49,319 bases of DNA from Chloroflexia bacterium (lineage in GTDB: Bacteria; Chloroflexota; Chloroflexia; QHBQ01; JADMIH01): positions 1 through 49,319 of the forward strand of contig JBJMMB010000407.1 in NCBI GenBank assembly GCA_045805005.1, given 5' to 3'. Position numbers and translations under genes: made by a program. This document shows positions 35,020 to 43,154 of the stretch, one piece after another (the first letter of the stretch is position 1; each line of letters begins with the position of its first letter). The notes below the pieces were generated by a model that worked only from the letters and a program-made list of their open reading frames with translations, was not told the DNA's origin and did no database searches.

Positions 35020-35048
35020 TCCCGACCCCCGACCCCCAATCCCCCACT
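35020..35048 (+). repeat. Tandem heptamer array TCCCGAC CCCCGAC CCCCAAT CCCCCACT
   Basis: Read directly, immediately upstream of the acyltransferase ribosome-binding site. A 14-nt-period duplicate caccatcgccca(cc) lies at 34867-34892. Confidence 0.75.
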
Positions 35049-35069
35049 AGACGCCCGGAGGCCAGACAT

Positions 35070-35789
35070 ATGCAAGCCATGAAATTCCCTGAGAACGCAC
35101 ATGGGTGGTCATACTCGGTGCCTGCCGGGCTAGCCCGTTCGACGTTGCAGGCGGCAGCCTTTGGCGTGCTCGACCTGCTGGCCCCCGCCCAGGTCGACGG
35201 AGCTGAGGTGTTCGACCACTTGCCGTGCCCGGTGCTCCTGGCCGCCAACCACACCAGCCATCTCGACACCCTGGCCCTGCTCAGGGCTCTCCCGCGCCAC
35301 TTCCGAAAGCACGTGGCGGTGGCTGCCGCCGGCGACTACTTCTTCGCCAACCCCTGGTCGGGCGCTGCGGTAACCCTGTGCCTCAATGCCTTTCCCTTTG
35401 CCCGAGCCTCTTCCGCGGGCGCGGTGCGTGCCGGGCTCGAATACTGTGCCGGCCTCCTCGATAGCGGTTGGTCCGTGCTCCTCTTCCCCGAGGGTACGCG
35501 CTCGCTCACGGGGGATATAGGGAGGTTCAGGTCGGGCGTGGGTATGCTGGCTGCGCACACCGGCGCGCCCGTGGTGCCCGCTTACCTGCATGGTCTGCAC
35601 CGCGTTCTGCCCAAAGGCCAAAGCATCCCCCGCCCTGGCCCTGTCGCGGTACGCTTCGGGCCGCCACTCCGCTTCAGCCCGGGCACCCCACACGCCCAGG
35701 CGTCTAGAGCCATAGAAGATGCCGTGCGCTCCCTTTCCATTGCCTACGCCCCGGCAAGGCAGACACCTTACCTATCTGTGAGGATTTAG
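35070..35789 (+). CDS. Lysophospholipid (1-acyl-sn-glycerol-3-phosphate) acyltransferase family protein, PlsC-like
   Basis: Start at MQAMKFPE with GGAGG 8 nt upstream. NHTSHLD (HX4D) and FPEGTRS motifs. Confidence 0.8.
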   Translation: MQAMKFPENAHGWSYSVPAGLARSTLQAAAFGVLDLLAPAQVDGAEVFDHLPCPVLLAANHTSHLDTLALLRALPRHFRKHVAVAAAGDYFFANPWSGAAVTLCLNAFPFARASSAGAVRAGLEYCAGLLDSGWSVLLFPEGTRSLTGDIGRFRSGVGMLAAHTGAPVVPAYLHGLHRVLPKGQSIPRPGPVAVRFGPPLRFSPGTPHAQASRAIEDAVRSLSIAYAPARQTPYLSVRI

Positions 35790-35824
35790 AGCTCATGACG
35801 AAATCTCGGATAAGCACCCAAGCC

Positions 35825-35901
35825 CTGGTAGGGGCGAACCTTGTGTTCGCTCTGGTTGCGGTCGTGCCCGTAGGGGCGAACACAAGGTTCGCCCCTACCA
35901 G
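35825..35901. repeat. GTAGGGGCGAAC palindromic element
   Basis: ctggtaggggcgaaccttgtgttcgc ... gcgaacacaaggttcgcccctaccag form 26-nt arms. The right half, 35870-35898, is itself a perfect hairpin. Confidence 0.85.
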
Positions 35902-35939
35902 GGTTGATTCTTAAGATCGAGCATATGAGGAGACACACC

Positions 35940-36548
35940 ATGGGCATCTACAGTATCAAGCCCCGGTTCCAACTGGCGTTGGGCGGGGTCGAGAACGTTC
36001 TCGTGGAGAGGCATGTGCACCCCGACTACATCACCTTTGGAGCCGTGGCACTCTCCATCGTCGGTGGCCTGGCCCTCTATGGCAGCCGGTGGGCTCCCTG
36101 GCTCCTCCTCGTCGTGCCGCCCGTTGTTTTGGGCCGCATCGCTCTAAACGCCCTCGACGGACTGGTGGCTCGGCGCTCCGGGCTCGCCAGACCCTGGGGT
36201 GAGGTCCTCAATGAAGTGTGCGACCGCGCCTCCGATCTTGCGCTTTTCGCCGGCGTATCCCTGGCGCCCGGGTCCGACCCTCGGCTGGGCTTCGCGGCCA
36301 TCATACTGATGCTGCTGGCCAGCTACGTGGGGACCACCGCTAAAGCCGCCGGTGGGCGCAGGCAGTATGGCGGCGTCATGGGCAAAGCCGACCGCATGCT
36401 CTACCTCGGCGTCGCTTCCGTGATTGCCTTCGCCCTCCCCACCGTGCCCATCTTCTCCTATTTCCTGCTGTTGGTGAGCGCCGGGTTGGCCCTCACTATC
36501 ATTACCAGGTTGCTCGCGGCCTATGCTGATCTCCAATCCATTCAGTAG
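35940..36548 (+). CDS. CDP-alcohol phosphatidyltransferase family protein (divergent motif)
   Basis: NALDGLVARRSGLARPWGEVLNEVCDRASD matches D-x2-DG-x2-AR-x8-G-x3-D-x3-D, except that the first and third Asp positions are Asn. Start at ATG 35940 (GAGGAG upstream) or earlier. Confidence 0.8.
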   Translation: MGIYSIKPRFQLALGGVENVLVERHVHPDYITFGAVALSIVGGLALYGSRWAPWLLLVVPPVVLGRIALNALDGLVARRSGLARPWGEVLNEVCDRASDLALFAGVSLAPGSDPRLGFAAIILMLLASYVGTTAKAAGGRRQYGGVMGKADRMLYLGVASVIAFALPTVPIFSYFLLLVSAGLALTIITRLLAAYADLQSIQ

Positions 36549-37452
36549 TCCCCTGTTCCTGCCCACCTTCGTCACGGTGGGGACCATGCTGGGGGCCACC
36601 CTGGTTGTGCTGCTCATCATCGCCCGTTTCGACCTAGGGCGGCTTCAGTCGAGCGTGCTCTTCCGGCGTTGGCGGGTATGGTTGGTCATAGCCCCGGTCT
36701 ACGGCCTCTGTATCCTCGGCGGCCCGGCCCCAACCCTCGCGCTGCTCAGCCTGCTGGTGCTGCAAGGCCTGAGAGAATACGCCAGGCTTGTCGGCCTGCC
36801 CCCAACTTACGCCAGGGTATTGGCCGGCCTCGGTCTGCTGGCCGGTCCCGCGGCGATGCTCTCCCTGGAGGCCTTCCATCTCTTGCCGCCGCTGCTGCTG
36901 GCCGCGGCCACCCTCCAGCCACTCCTCTTCTACAAGCGGGCGGACGGGTTCAGACACCTGGCGTTCGCCGCACTCGGTTGGGGCTACGTGGCCTGGTTCC
37001 TCGCCCACCTGATGCTTATCTACAGGTACGTCGACGGGGGGCCGGGCATCCTCCTCGCCGCCGGGATGGCCACCGCCCTCAGCGACGTGGGCGGGTTCAC
37101 ACTCGGAAAAGCCTTCGGCAAACATAAGCTGGCCCCCCGCATCAGCCCCAACAAGACCTGGGAAGGGGTCCTGGGTAACTTCCTGGGCGCCTACCTGGGC
37201 GTCTCGCTCATGGCCTTCGGCCTGCCGGAGGCATTCCGCCCGCTGTTGCTCGCACTCCTTCCCCCCGTCATAGCCTGCGCCGCCCTCTGGGGCGACCTCC
37301 TCGAGTCGGCCATCAAGCGTGAGTTCTCCGCCAAAGATGCGGGCGACTGGCTCCCCGGCTTCGGCGGCCTGCTCGACCGCGTTGACAGCCTGATTATAGT
37401 CCTGCCCGCTGTGTTCTACTCCCTGTGGTTGCTCGATAGGCTGGCGGCCTGA
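36523..37452 (+). CDS. Phosphatidate cytidylyltransferase (CdsA) family protein
   Basis: SDVGGFTLGKAFGKHKLAPRISPNKTWEG and GDLLESAIKREFSAKDAGDWLPGFGGLLDRVDS. The signature carries GFGG instead of the usual GHGG. Alternative start at 36586. Confidence 0.8.
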   Translation: MLISNPFSSPLFLPTFVTVGTMLGATLVVLLIIARFDLGRLQSSVLFRRWRVWLVIAPVYGLCILGGPAPTLALLSLLVLQGLREYARLVGLPPTYARVLAGLGLLAGPAAMLSLEAFHLLPPLLLAAATLQPLLFYKRADGFRHLAFAALGWGYVAWFLAHLMLIYRYVDGGPGILLAAGMATALSDVGGFTLGKAFGKHKLAPRISPNKTWEGVLGNFLGAYLGVSLMAFGLPEAFRPLLLALLPPVIACAALWGDLLESAIKREFSAKDAGDWLPGFGGLLDRVDSLIIVLPAVFYSLWLLDRLAA

Positions 37453-37471
37453 ACTCTCATCCCAACCAAGT

Positions 37472-37498
37472 GGGTGCAGGGATCTCCTTGCCCTGGGC
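37472..37498 (+). repeat. Degenerate DH45 remnant
   Basis: gggtgcagggatctccttgccctgggc. Only hairpin 1 is recognisable. Confidence 0.5.
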
Positions 37499-37567
37499 CT
37501 GAAGCTTTACCTCCCCATCAAACTCTGCTAACATATAGCCATCCTTATCGCCCAGGGAGGAAATACT

Positions 37568-39013
37568 GTGGCCTCAACACCTCACATCGACACGCGCGAC
37601 CTGCTCGGCATCATCGACACCGGCCTTGAGCCCGCCGCCTCCACCCCGAAACGCGTAATTATCGTCGGAGCCGGCATGGCCGGGCTGAGCGCCGCCTATG
37701 AACTGCTGAGCGCCGGCCACAACCCCGTCATCCTGGAGGCCCAGAACCGGGTCGGCGGCCGTGTCTACACCCTGCGCGAGCCCTTCGCCCCCGGCCTCTA
37801 CGCCGAGGCGGGGGCCATGCGCATCCCCCGCGCTCACGACCTCACTATGGCCTACGCAGGCAAATTCGGCCTCGATACGCACCCCTTCACCATGGGCAAC
37901 CCCAACGCCTACTACTATCTCAACGGCTGCAAGTGGCGCGTCAAAGACGCCGGTGACGATCCCGACTGCCTTGGGTTCCCCCTCCACGACCGCGAGCGCA
38001 GCAAGAGCATCGACGAGCTCTGGGCCGAGGCCCTCACTCCCTTCGCCCAGCGCCTCGAACAGCAGACCGAGGGCTGCTGGCCCGACATAGTCGCTGAATA
38101 CGACCAGTACTCCACCCGTGAGTTCCTGGAGACCCTCGACTGGTCCGAAGGGGCCATAGAGCGCTTCGGCCTGCTGGCCAACCAGGAGGCCCTGATGAAC
38201 GCCTCCTTCCTCGAGCTGCTCCGCGAGGAGGTGGGCAACTACTACACCGACATGGTCGAGCTCGAGGGCGGCATGGACACGCTCCCCCGCGCCTTCCTCC
38301 CCGCCCTCAAGGACCACATGCGCTTCGGCGCAAAAATGGTCGCCATCGACCAGTCGCCCGACAGCGTCACCATCCACTACCGCACCGCCGCTGGCCGCTT
38401 CTCCGAGACCGGAGACTACGCCATCCTTGCCGTGCCCTTCCCCGTCCTACGCCACGTCGAGATGCTCAAGCCCTTCTCCCGCACCAAGCAGCGCGCCATA
38501 CGCCAGCTTCACTACGACGCTTCGGCCAAGATCCTCCTCCAGTGCCGCCGCCGCTTCTGGGAGGAGGACGAAGGCATCTTCGGAGGTGGCACCATGACTG
38601 ACCTCCCCATCCGCACCGTCTACTACCCCGACCACGGCCGCAAGACGGGCCGGGGAGTGCTCCTGGCCAGCTACACCTGGTCCGAGGACGCCCAGCGCTG
38701 GGGCTCCCTCTCCCCTCAGGACCGCATCGAGCAGGCCCTCGAAAACCTCTGCTGCATCCACCCGCAAATCAGGGAGGAGTTTGAGGTAGGGGCCACTAAG
38801 ATGTGGCACGATGACGAGTTCGCCGGTGGAGCCTTCGCCCTCTTCGACCCCGGCCAACAGACCCAACTCTACGAGCACATCAAAGCCCCCGAGGGCCGCA
38901 TCCACTTCGCCGGCGAGCACACCTCCCTCTGCCACGCCTGGCTCCAGGGAGCTCTCGAATCCGGTCTCCGCGCCGCCTGCGAGGTCAACAGCCAAAGCGC
39001 CACCGGCATATAG
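37568..39013 (+). CDS. Flavin-containing amine oxidase (L-amino-acid oxidase/monoamine oxidase-like)
   Basis: GTG start with GGGAGG upstream. VIIVGAGMAGLSAAYEL...ILEAQNRVGGRVYT; C-terminal FAGEHTS...WLQGALESG. Confidence 0.85.
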   Translation: MASTPHIDTRDLLGIIDTGLEPAASTPKRVIIVGAGMAGLSAAYELLSAGHNPVILEAQNRVGGRVYTLREPFAPGLYAEAGAMRIPRAHDLTMAYAGKFGLDTHPFTMGNPNAYYYLNGCKWRVKDAGDDPDCLGFPLHDRERSKSIDELWAEALTPFAQRLEQQTEGCWPDIVAEYDQYSTREFLETLDWSEGAIERFGLLANQEALMNASFLELLREEVGNYYTDMVELEGGMDTLPRAFLPALKDHMRFGAKMVAIDQSPDSVTIHYRTAAGRFSETGDYAILAVPFPVLRHVEMLKPFSRTKQRAIRQLHYDASAKILLQCRRRFWEEDEGIFGGGTMTDLPIRTVYYPDHGRKTGRGVLLASYTWSEDAQRWGSLSPQDRIEQALENLCCIHPQIREEFEVGATKMWHDDEFAGGAFALFDPGQQTQLYEHIKAPEGRIHFAGEHTSLCHAWLQGALESGLRAACEVNSQSATGI

Positions 39014-39088
39014 GTCGTACCCTCGGCTGGACGCCAGGGTGCCCGTTTGCACAATAGGCACCATGGCGTCCGCTATAATATTCCTATC

Positions 39089-40057
39089 ATGAACCGCACC
39101 GACCGCCTGCTCGCCATTGTGCTGGAGCTCCAGGGCAAGGGCAAGCAGCGTGCCGAGGACCTGGCGGCCACCTTCGAGGTCAGCAAGCGCACCATCTACC
39201 GCGACATCCAGGCGCTGAGCGAGGCGGGCGTGCCCATCGCCGCCGCTCCCGGCCAGGGTTACATGCTCGTCTCGGGCTATTTCCTGCCGCCCCTCTCCTT
39301 CACGGCCGAGGAAGCCACCATCCTCCTGCTCGGCAGCGATGTGATGCGCGCCAACTTCGATGCCCAGTACCGCGAGGCCGCCATATCCGCCGGGCGCAAG
39401 ATAGCTGGAGTCCTCCCCGACCACCTCCGCGACGAGGTAGCCTACCTCCAGGCCAGCATACGCTTTGTCGTCCCCGCGCCGGGCAGGGAAGACGAGGGTA
39501 CGCCCACCCACACGCTCCAGAAGGCGCGCCGCGCCATCATCGACCGCCACACTGTCTCCTTCACCTACCACGCCCGCTACAAGCGTAGCCCCAGGCAAAC
39601 CAGCGACCCGGCGGGAGAGGAGCGCAAGGCCGACCCCTACGGCCTGGCACACGTCAGCGGCAGTTGGTACATGGTGGCCCACGATCATGCCCGGCGCGAG
39701 ATGCGCACCTTCAGGCTGGAGCGTATGGAAGACCTGCGCGTGCTCCCCGATACCTTCACGCGGCCCGAGGGCTTCACCATCGGCCCGCCTCAGAACGAGC
39801 AGCGCCCCGTGACTGTCAGGGCCCTGTTCGACGCCGAAGCCTCGCGCTGGGTGCGGGAGTCGCCGTCCTACTTCACCGTGAGCGAGGAGAGCACGCCCGA
39901 GGGCCTGCTGGTAACGCTCCACGTTCGCCACGAGAGCGAGGTTGTCGGGTGGTTGCTCGGCTGGGGCCGCCACGTGCGTGTGCTTGAGCCCGCGTCGCTT
40001 GTAGACCTGCTGAGAGAGGAAGCCGAACAGATCGCGAAAATCCATCGAGGCTGCTGA
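39089..40057 (+). CDS. YafY-type transcriptional regulator (HTH plus WYL domain)
   Basis: MNRTDRLLAIVLELQGKGKQRAEDLAATFEVSKRTIYRDIQALSEAGVPI, then the WYL region PYGLAHVSGSWYMVAHDH..REMRTFRLERM. TATAAT at 39074-39079 lies only 10 nt before the ATG, so the mRNA may be leaderless. Confidence 0.85.
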   Translation: MNRTDRLLAIVLELQGKGKQRAEDLAATFEVSKRTIYRDIQALSEAGVPIAAAPGQGYMLVSGYFLPPLSFTAEEATILLLGSDVMRANFDAQYREAAISAGRKIAGVLPDHLRDEVAYLQASIRFVVPAPGREDEGTPTHTLQKARRAIIDRHTVSFTYHARYKRSPRQTSDPAGEERKADPYGLAHVSGSWYMVAHDHARREMRTFRLERMEDLRVLPDTFTRPEGFTIGPPQNEQRPVTVRALFDAEASRWVRESPSYFTVSEESTPEGLLVTLHVRHESEVVGWLLGWGRHVRVLEPASLVDLLREEAEQIAKIHRGC

Positions 40058-40126
40058 CATAGGGTTGTCACACTGTGCCGCTACAATAGAGGTACCGGTT
40101 GAAACTCTAGCAAAGGAGACAAGAAA

Positions 40127-40498
40127 ATGAAGTACGCAGTCAGCAGTGTAACCCTATTCGTCGAAGATATACCCACAGCAAAGCGGTTCTATACCGAAAC
40201 CCTCGGCATCCCGGCAGACGAATCTCAGTCCAACCCTCGCTTCGTCTTCCTGCAGATGAAGGGAGATACCCTCCTCTTGCTGCAAGACGCCTCCACCGCC
40301 GTCGAAGGCTTCAACACCCGCCCCGGTGGCACCGAGGTCGGTTTCGAGGTGGACGACGTCGACCAAACCTACGAGGAATGGCGGGTCCAGGGCGTCAAGA
40401 TGCTCAACGAGCCCCACGACCAGCCCTTTGGCCGCACCTTCAACGCCATAGACCCCGACGGCCACCTGCTCAACGTCTATCGCCTGAGGAGCCGGTAA
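40127..40498 (+). CDS. VOC (glyoxalase/bleomycin-resistance) family protein
   Basis: 123 aa. FYTETLGI...EVGFEVDDVD...FNAIDPDGHLLNVY. AAGGAGA ribosome-binding site. Confidence 0.8.
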   Translation: MKYAVSSVTLFVEDIPTAKRFYTETLGIPADESQSNPRFVFLQMKGDTLLLLQDASTAVEGFNTRPGGTEVGFEVDDVDQTYEEWRVQGVKMLNEPHDQPFGRTFNAIDPDGHLLNVYRLRSR

Positions 40499-40499
40499 C

Positions 40500-41408
40500 A
40501 TGCTGGCCCTTGATACTCTCCAGGTGAAGCAAGGCACGCTCGAACCCCGCCGGCCGTTCAGCTTCGAGCGTACCCTCGACTTCGTAGGCAGCTTCAGCCC
40601 CGCGATGGGCGAGCAGCAGGTCGGGCCAGGCTCGCTCACCAAGGCAGTCCTTATCAACGAGAAGCCCGTGGTCTTCCGCGTAGATGCCGGCGACGAGCCG
40701 GGCGAATCCCTTCACTACCGGGTCTTCTCACGCGAGCCCCTTACTCCGGACGAAGAAGCGGCTGCCGTGGACCGGGTGCGCTTCTACCTCAGCCTGGACG
40801 ACGACCTCGAGCCGTTCTACTCAATCGCGGAGGGCGACCCGCCGATGCGCCGTGTCGTGGAGCAGCTACACGGCTTCCACCAGGTGAAATTCCTGACGCC
40901 CTTCGAGAACGCCTGCTGGGCGGTGCTGACCCAGCGCACGCCGATACCGGTGGCGCGGGGCATGAAGCGCCGACTGGTCGAAGCGTATGGCGGCAGCCTC
41001 ACCCTCGAAGATACGACCTACTGGGCCTTCCCCGAGCCAGGCCCACTTGCTCGCTCCGGGCAGGACGAAATCTCCCGCGTAATTGGCCACGAGCAAAAAG
41101 CCGATAACCTCCACAACGTCGCGAGGGCGTTCGACTCGGTAGACGAGCAATGGCTCCGCACCGGAGACTACAATGAGGTGGCCGCGTGGCTGCGAGGCAT
41201 CAAAGGCTTCGGCGAGTGGTCGACCTCCTTCGTGCTCGCGCGCGGGCTAGGTAGGACGGAAACCATACAGCCCGACGAGAAGCACCTGCTAGCGGCGGCC
41301 TCCAAAGCCTACGGCCAACCCCTCACTCCCACATCACTGGCCGCCCTGGCCGCTCCCTACGCAGGCTGGCAGGGCCACTGGGCCCTCTACCTCCGAACCC
41401 AGGCCTGA
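40500..41408 (+). CDS. DNA-3-methyladenine glycosylase II (AlkA)-like HhH-GPD protein
   Basis: 302 aa. FENACWAVLTQRTPIPVARGMKRRLVEAYGG and HhH WLRGIKGFGEWSTSFVLARGLGR. The ATG lies 1 nt after the VOC stop. Confidence 0.75.
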   Translation: MLALDTLQVKQGTLEPRRPFSFERTLDFVGSFSPAMGEQQVGPGSLTKAVLINEKPVVFRVDAGDEPGESLHYRVFSREPLTPDEEAAAVDRVRFYLSLDDDLEPFYSIAEGDPPMRRVVEQLHGFHQVKFLTPFENACWAVLTQRTPIPVARGMKRRLVEAYGGSLTLEDTTYWAFPEPGPLARSGQDEISRVIGHEQKADNLHNVARAFDSVDEQWLRTGDYNEVAAWLRGIKGFGEWSTSFVLARGLGRTETIQPDEKHLLAAASKAYGQPLTPTSLAALAAPYAGWQGHWALYLRTQA

Positions 41409-41422
41409 CGGCTAATGAATAA

Positions 41423-41462
41423 ACAAAGAGGATGGTAGCGTCAAGCTCACCATCCTCTTTGT
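41423..41462. terminator. Stem-loop between convergent genes
   Basis: acaaagaggatggt / accatcctctttgt form a 14-bp perfect stem with a 12-nt loop. Confidence 0.6.
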
Positions 41463-41471
41463 ATCATTTAA

Positions 41472-41492
41472 GCACCCAGCACCCAGCACTGG
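41472..41492 (+). repeat. Tandem heptamers GCACCCA GCACCCA GCACTGG
   Basis: Read directly, 15 nt from the stop codon of the SLH protein gene. Confidence 0.7.
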
Positions 41493-41506
41493 AGCGAAGC
41501 GCCGCG

Positions 41507-43048
41507 CTAAGGCTCCGTCACAGCCAGGTACACGATCTTCGAGATTTGCCCCCTCGTCGCGCTGTTGCCCGGCTTGAACTCCAGGCACCCAGGCCCGCAG
41601 TTGTACCCCGATATGATTCCGTGGTAGTACGCCGTTTCTATGTACCTGTAGAACGGGTCTGTGGTCCCCACGTCCCGGAAGGAAGGCTGCGGCGGTGTGT
41701 AAATGGCCCATTCCCTGGCGTTTACGACTATCTTAGTGAGCTGGGCCCTGGTCACGTTGTTATCCGGCCTGAACTCCAGGCACCCGCTCCCGCAGGTATA
41801 TCCGGAGATGATCCCCCGCTGGTAAGCCGTCTCGATGTACGTGTAGAAGGTCTGCGTTGCGGGCACGTCCCGAAACGTCGGTTGGGGATGGCTATACAAA
41901 GGCCACCCCTCGGCCAGCGTCACGATCTTTGTGAGTTGCCCTCTGGTCGCCGGGTTGCCCGGCCGGAAAGTGTTATCCGCGTACCCCGAGATCACCCCGC
42001 CGCAGTACAGGTAGCATATCGCCGTATAGAACGGGTCCGTCGGCGGCACGTCGGTGAAACTCATGGGGCACTGCGTAGCGGTTGGGGTTGGCGTGTAGAT
42101 GGGGGGCACCGTCGGGGGTGGGCTCGGCGGGCGCTCCGGCGTGTTCGTCGCCGTAGTTACCGGCGTAGCCGTGTTCGTGACCCCTGGTGTAGCCACCGCT
42201 GTGTTCGTTCGTGTGGCCATGAGCGTGGGCGTGGCCGTAGGGCCGCTCGGCGTCCTCGTCGCGGTGGGGGTGGTGACCGTGGCCGTCGGGACGGGCGTCG
42301 GGCAGGTGCCGCTCCCGGCGTTGAACGTTATCCTTGAGTTGGCGGTTGGGGCCGTGCTGCACAGGCACTGCGTGAACCTCCCCGCGCCGTCCTGCACCCC
42401 GATCGTCGCCGTGGCCTCGATGTTTACCGCTCCCAGGATGACCTCGAAGTTCGATGAGCCCTCATACAGCCGCAGCTCGAAGTAGGCGTTACCCGGCTCC
42501 GAAAAGTAGAAAGTCCGCCACTCGATATTGAAGATGCGGTTGGGTGCGCTCCCGCTCACCGAAGCATATATGCCGCAGCCCGCTCCCCCCGCGCAGTTTG
42601 TACCCTCGGTCACCAGGTCTTCCCAATAGGCGAAGATCGTCGGACCCATCGCGGTGATGGGCAGGCAGATGTTAGTGAACTCGGCGTCGGTCGACACGAA
42701 CTGAGCAGTGCCGTTTGACCCCACGTTCACGCCCGCGTAACTGATGCCGTACAATTGCACCGAGAAAGGCAGCGTGACATGCGTAACGCAGTCGTCGCAG
42801 TGGTTCCCGATATCCGCCGTCCCCGGCACCACGGTCGCTCCCGGCGTGGTGGCGCAGCTATATATCGAGCAGGGCGTAGCCGTGGGGCTGGCCCCGGCGA
42901 GCCTCGCTCCCATTCCGGTGGCGCTCGCCGGCCCTGTGCTTTGTAAGCTTGCCGCTGGCCCGCCGGGGGCCGAATAAGCCGCGCTCGCCACGCCCAGTCC
43001 CCCCAGGACGCATATCGCGAGGCAAACGAAAAATAGCGCGCGTTTCAT
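41507..43048 (-). CDS. Secreted SLH-domain cell-surface protein
   Basis: Start at MKRALFFVCLAICVLGG with AAGGAG upstream. Cys-rich N-terminal domain, Thr/Pro linker, then three C-terminal SLH repeats (F.DVP...FY.YIE.AY..GIISGY...FRP.N..TR.Q..KIV). Confidence 0.85.
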   Translation of the reverse strand: MKRALFFVCLAICVLGGLGVASAAYSAPGGPAASLQSTGPASATGMGARLAGASPTATPCSIYSCATTPGATVVPGTADIGNHCDDCVTHVTLPFSVQLYGISYAGVNVGSNGTAQFVSTDAEFTNICLPITAMGPTIFAYWEDLVTEGTNCAGGAGCGIYASVSGSAPNRIFNIEWRTFYFSEPGNAYFELRLYEGSSNFEVILGAVNIEATATIGVQDGAGRFTQCLCSTAPTANSRITFNAGSGTCPTPVPTATVTTPTATRTPSGPTATPTLMATRTNTAVATPGVTNTATPVTTATNTPERPPSPPPTVPPIYTPTPTATQCPMSFTDVPPTDPFYTAICYLYCGGVISGYADNTFRPGNPATRGQLTKIVTLAEGWPLYSHPQPTFRDVPATQTFYTYIETAYQRGIISGYTCGSGCLEFRPDNNVTRAQLTKIVVNAREWAIYTPPQPSFRDVGTTDPFYRYIETAYYHGIISGYNCGPGCLEFKPGNSATRGQISKIVYLAVTEP

Positions 43049-43154
43049 ACTCTGCTCCTTGTGCGCTAGCGGGCCTATATGCACGAGCCGGGCACGGTTC
43101 GGGTGCCCGGCGCGCGCTGATTCAAAACTCCTACCGCCGCCGGCGGCTACCCTG

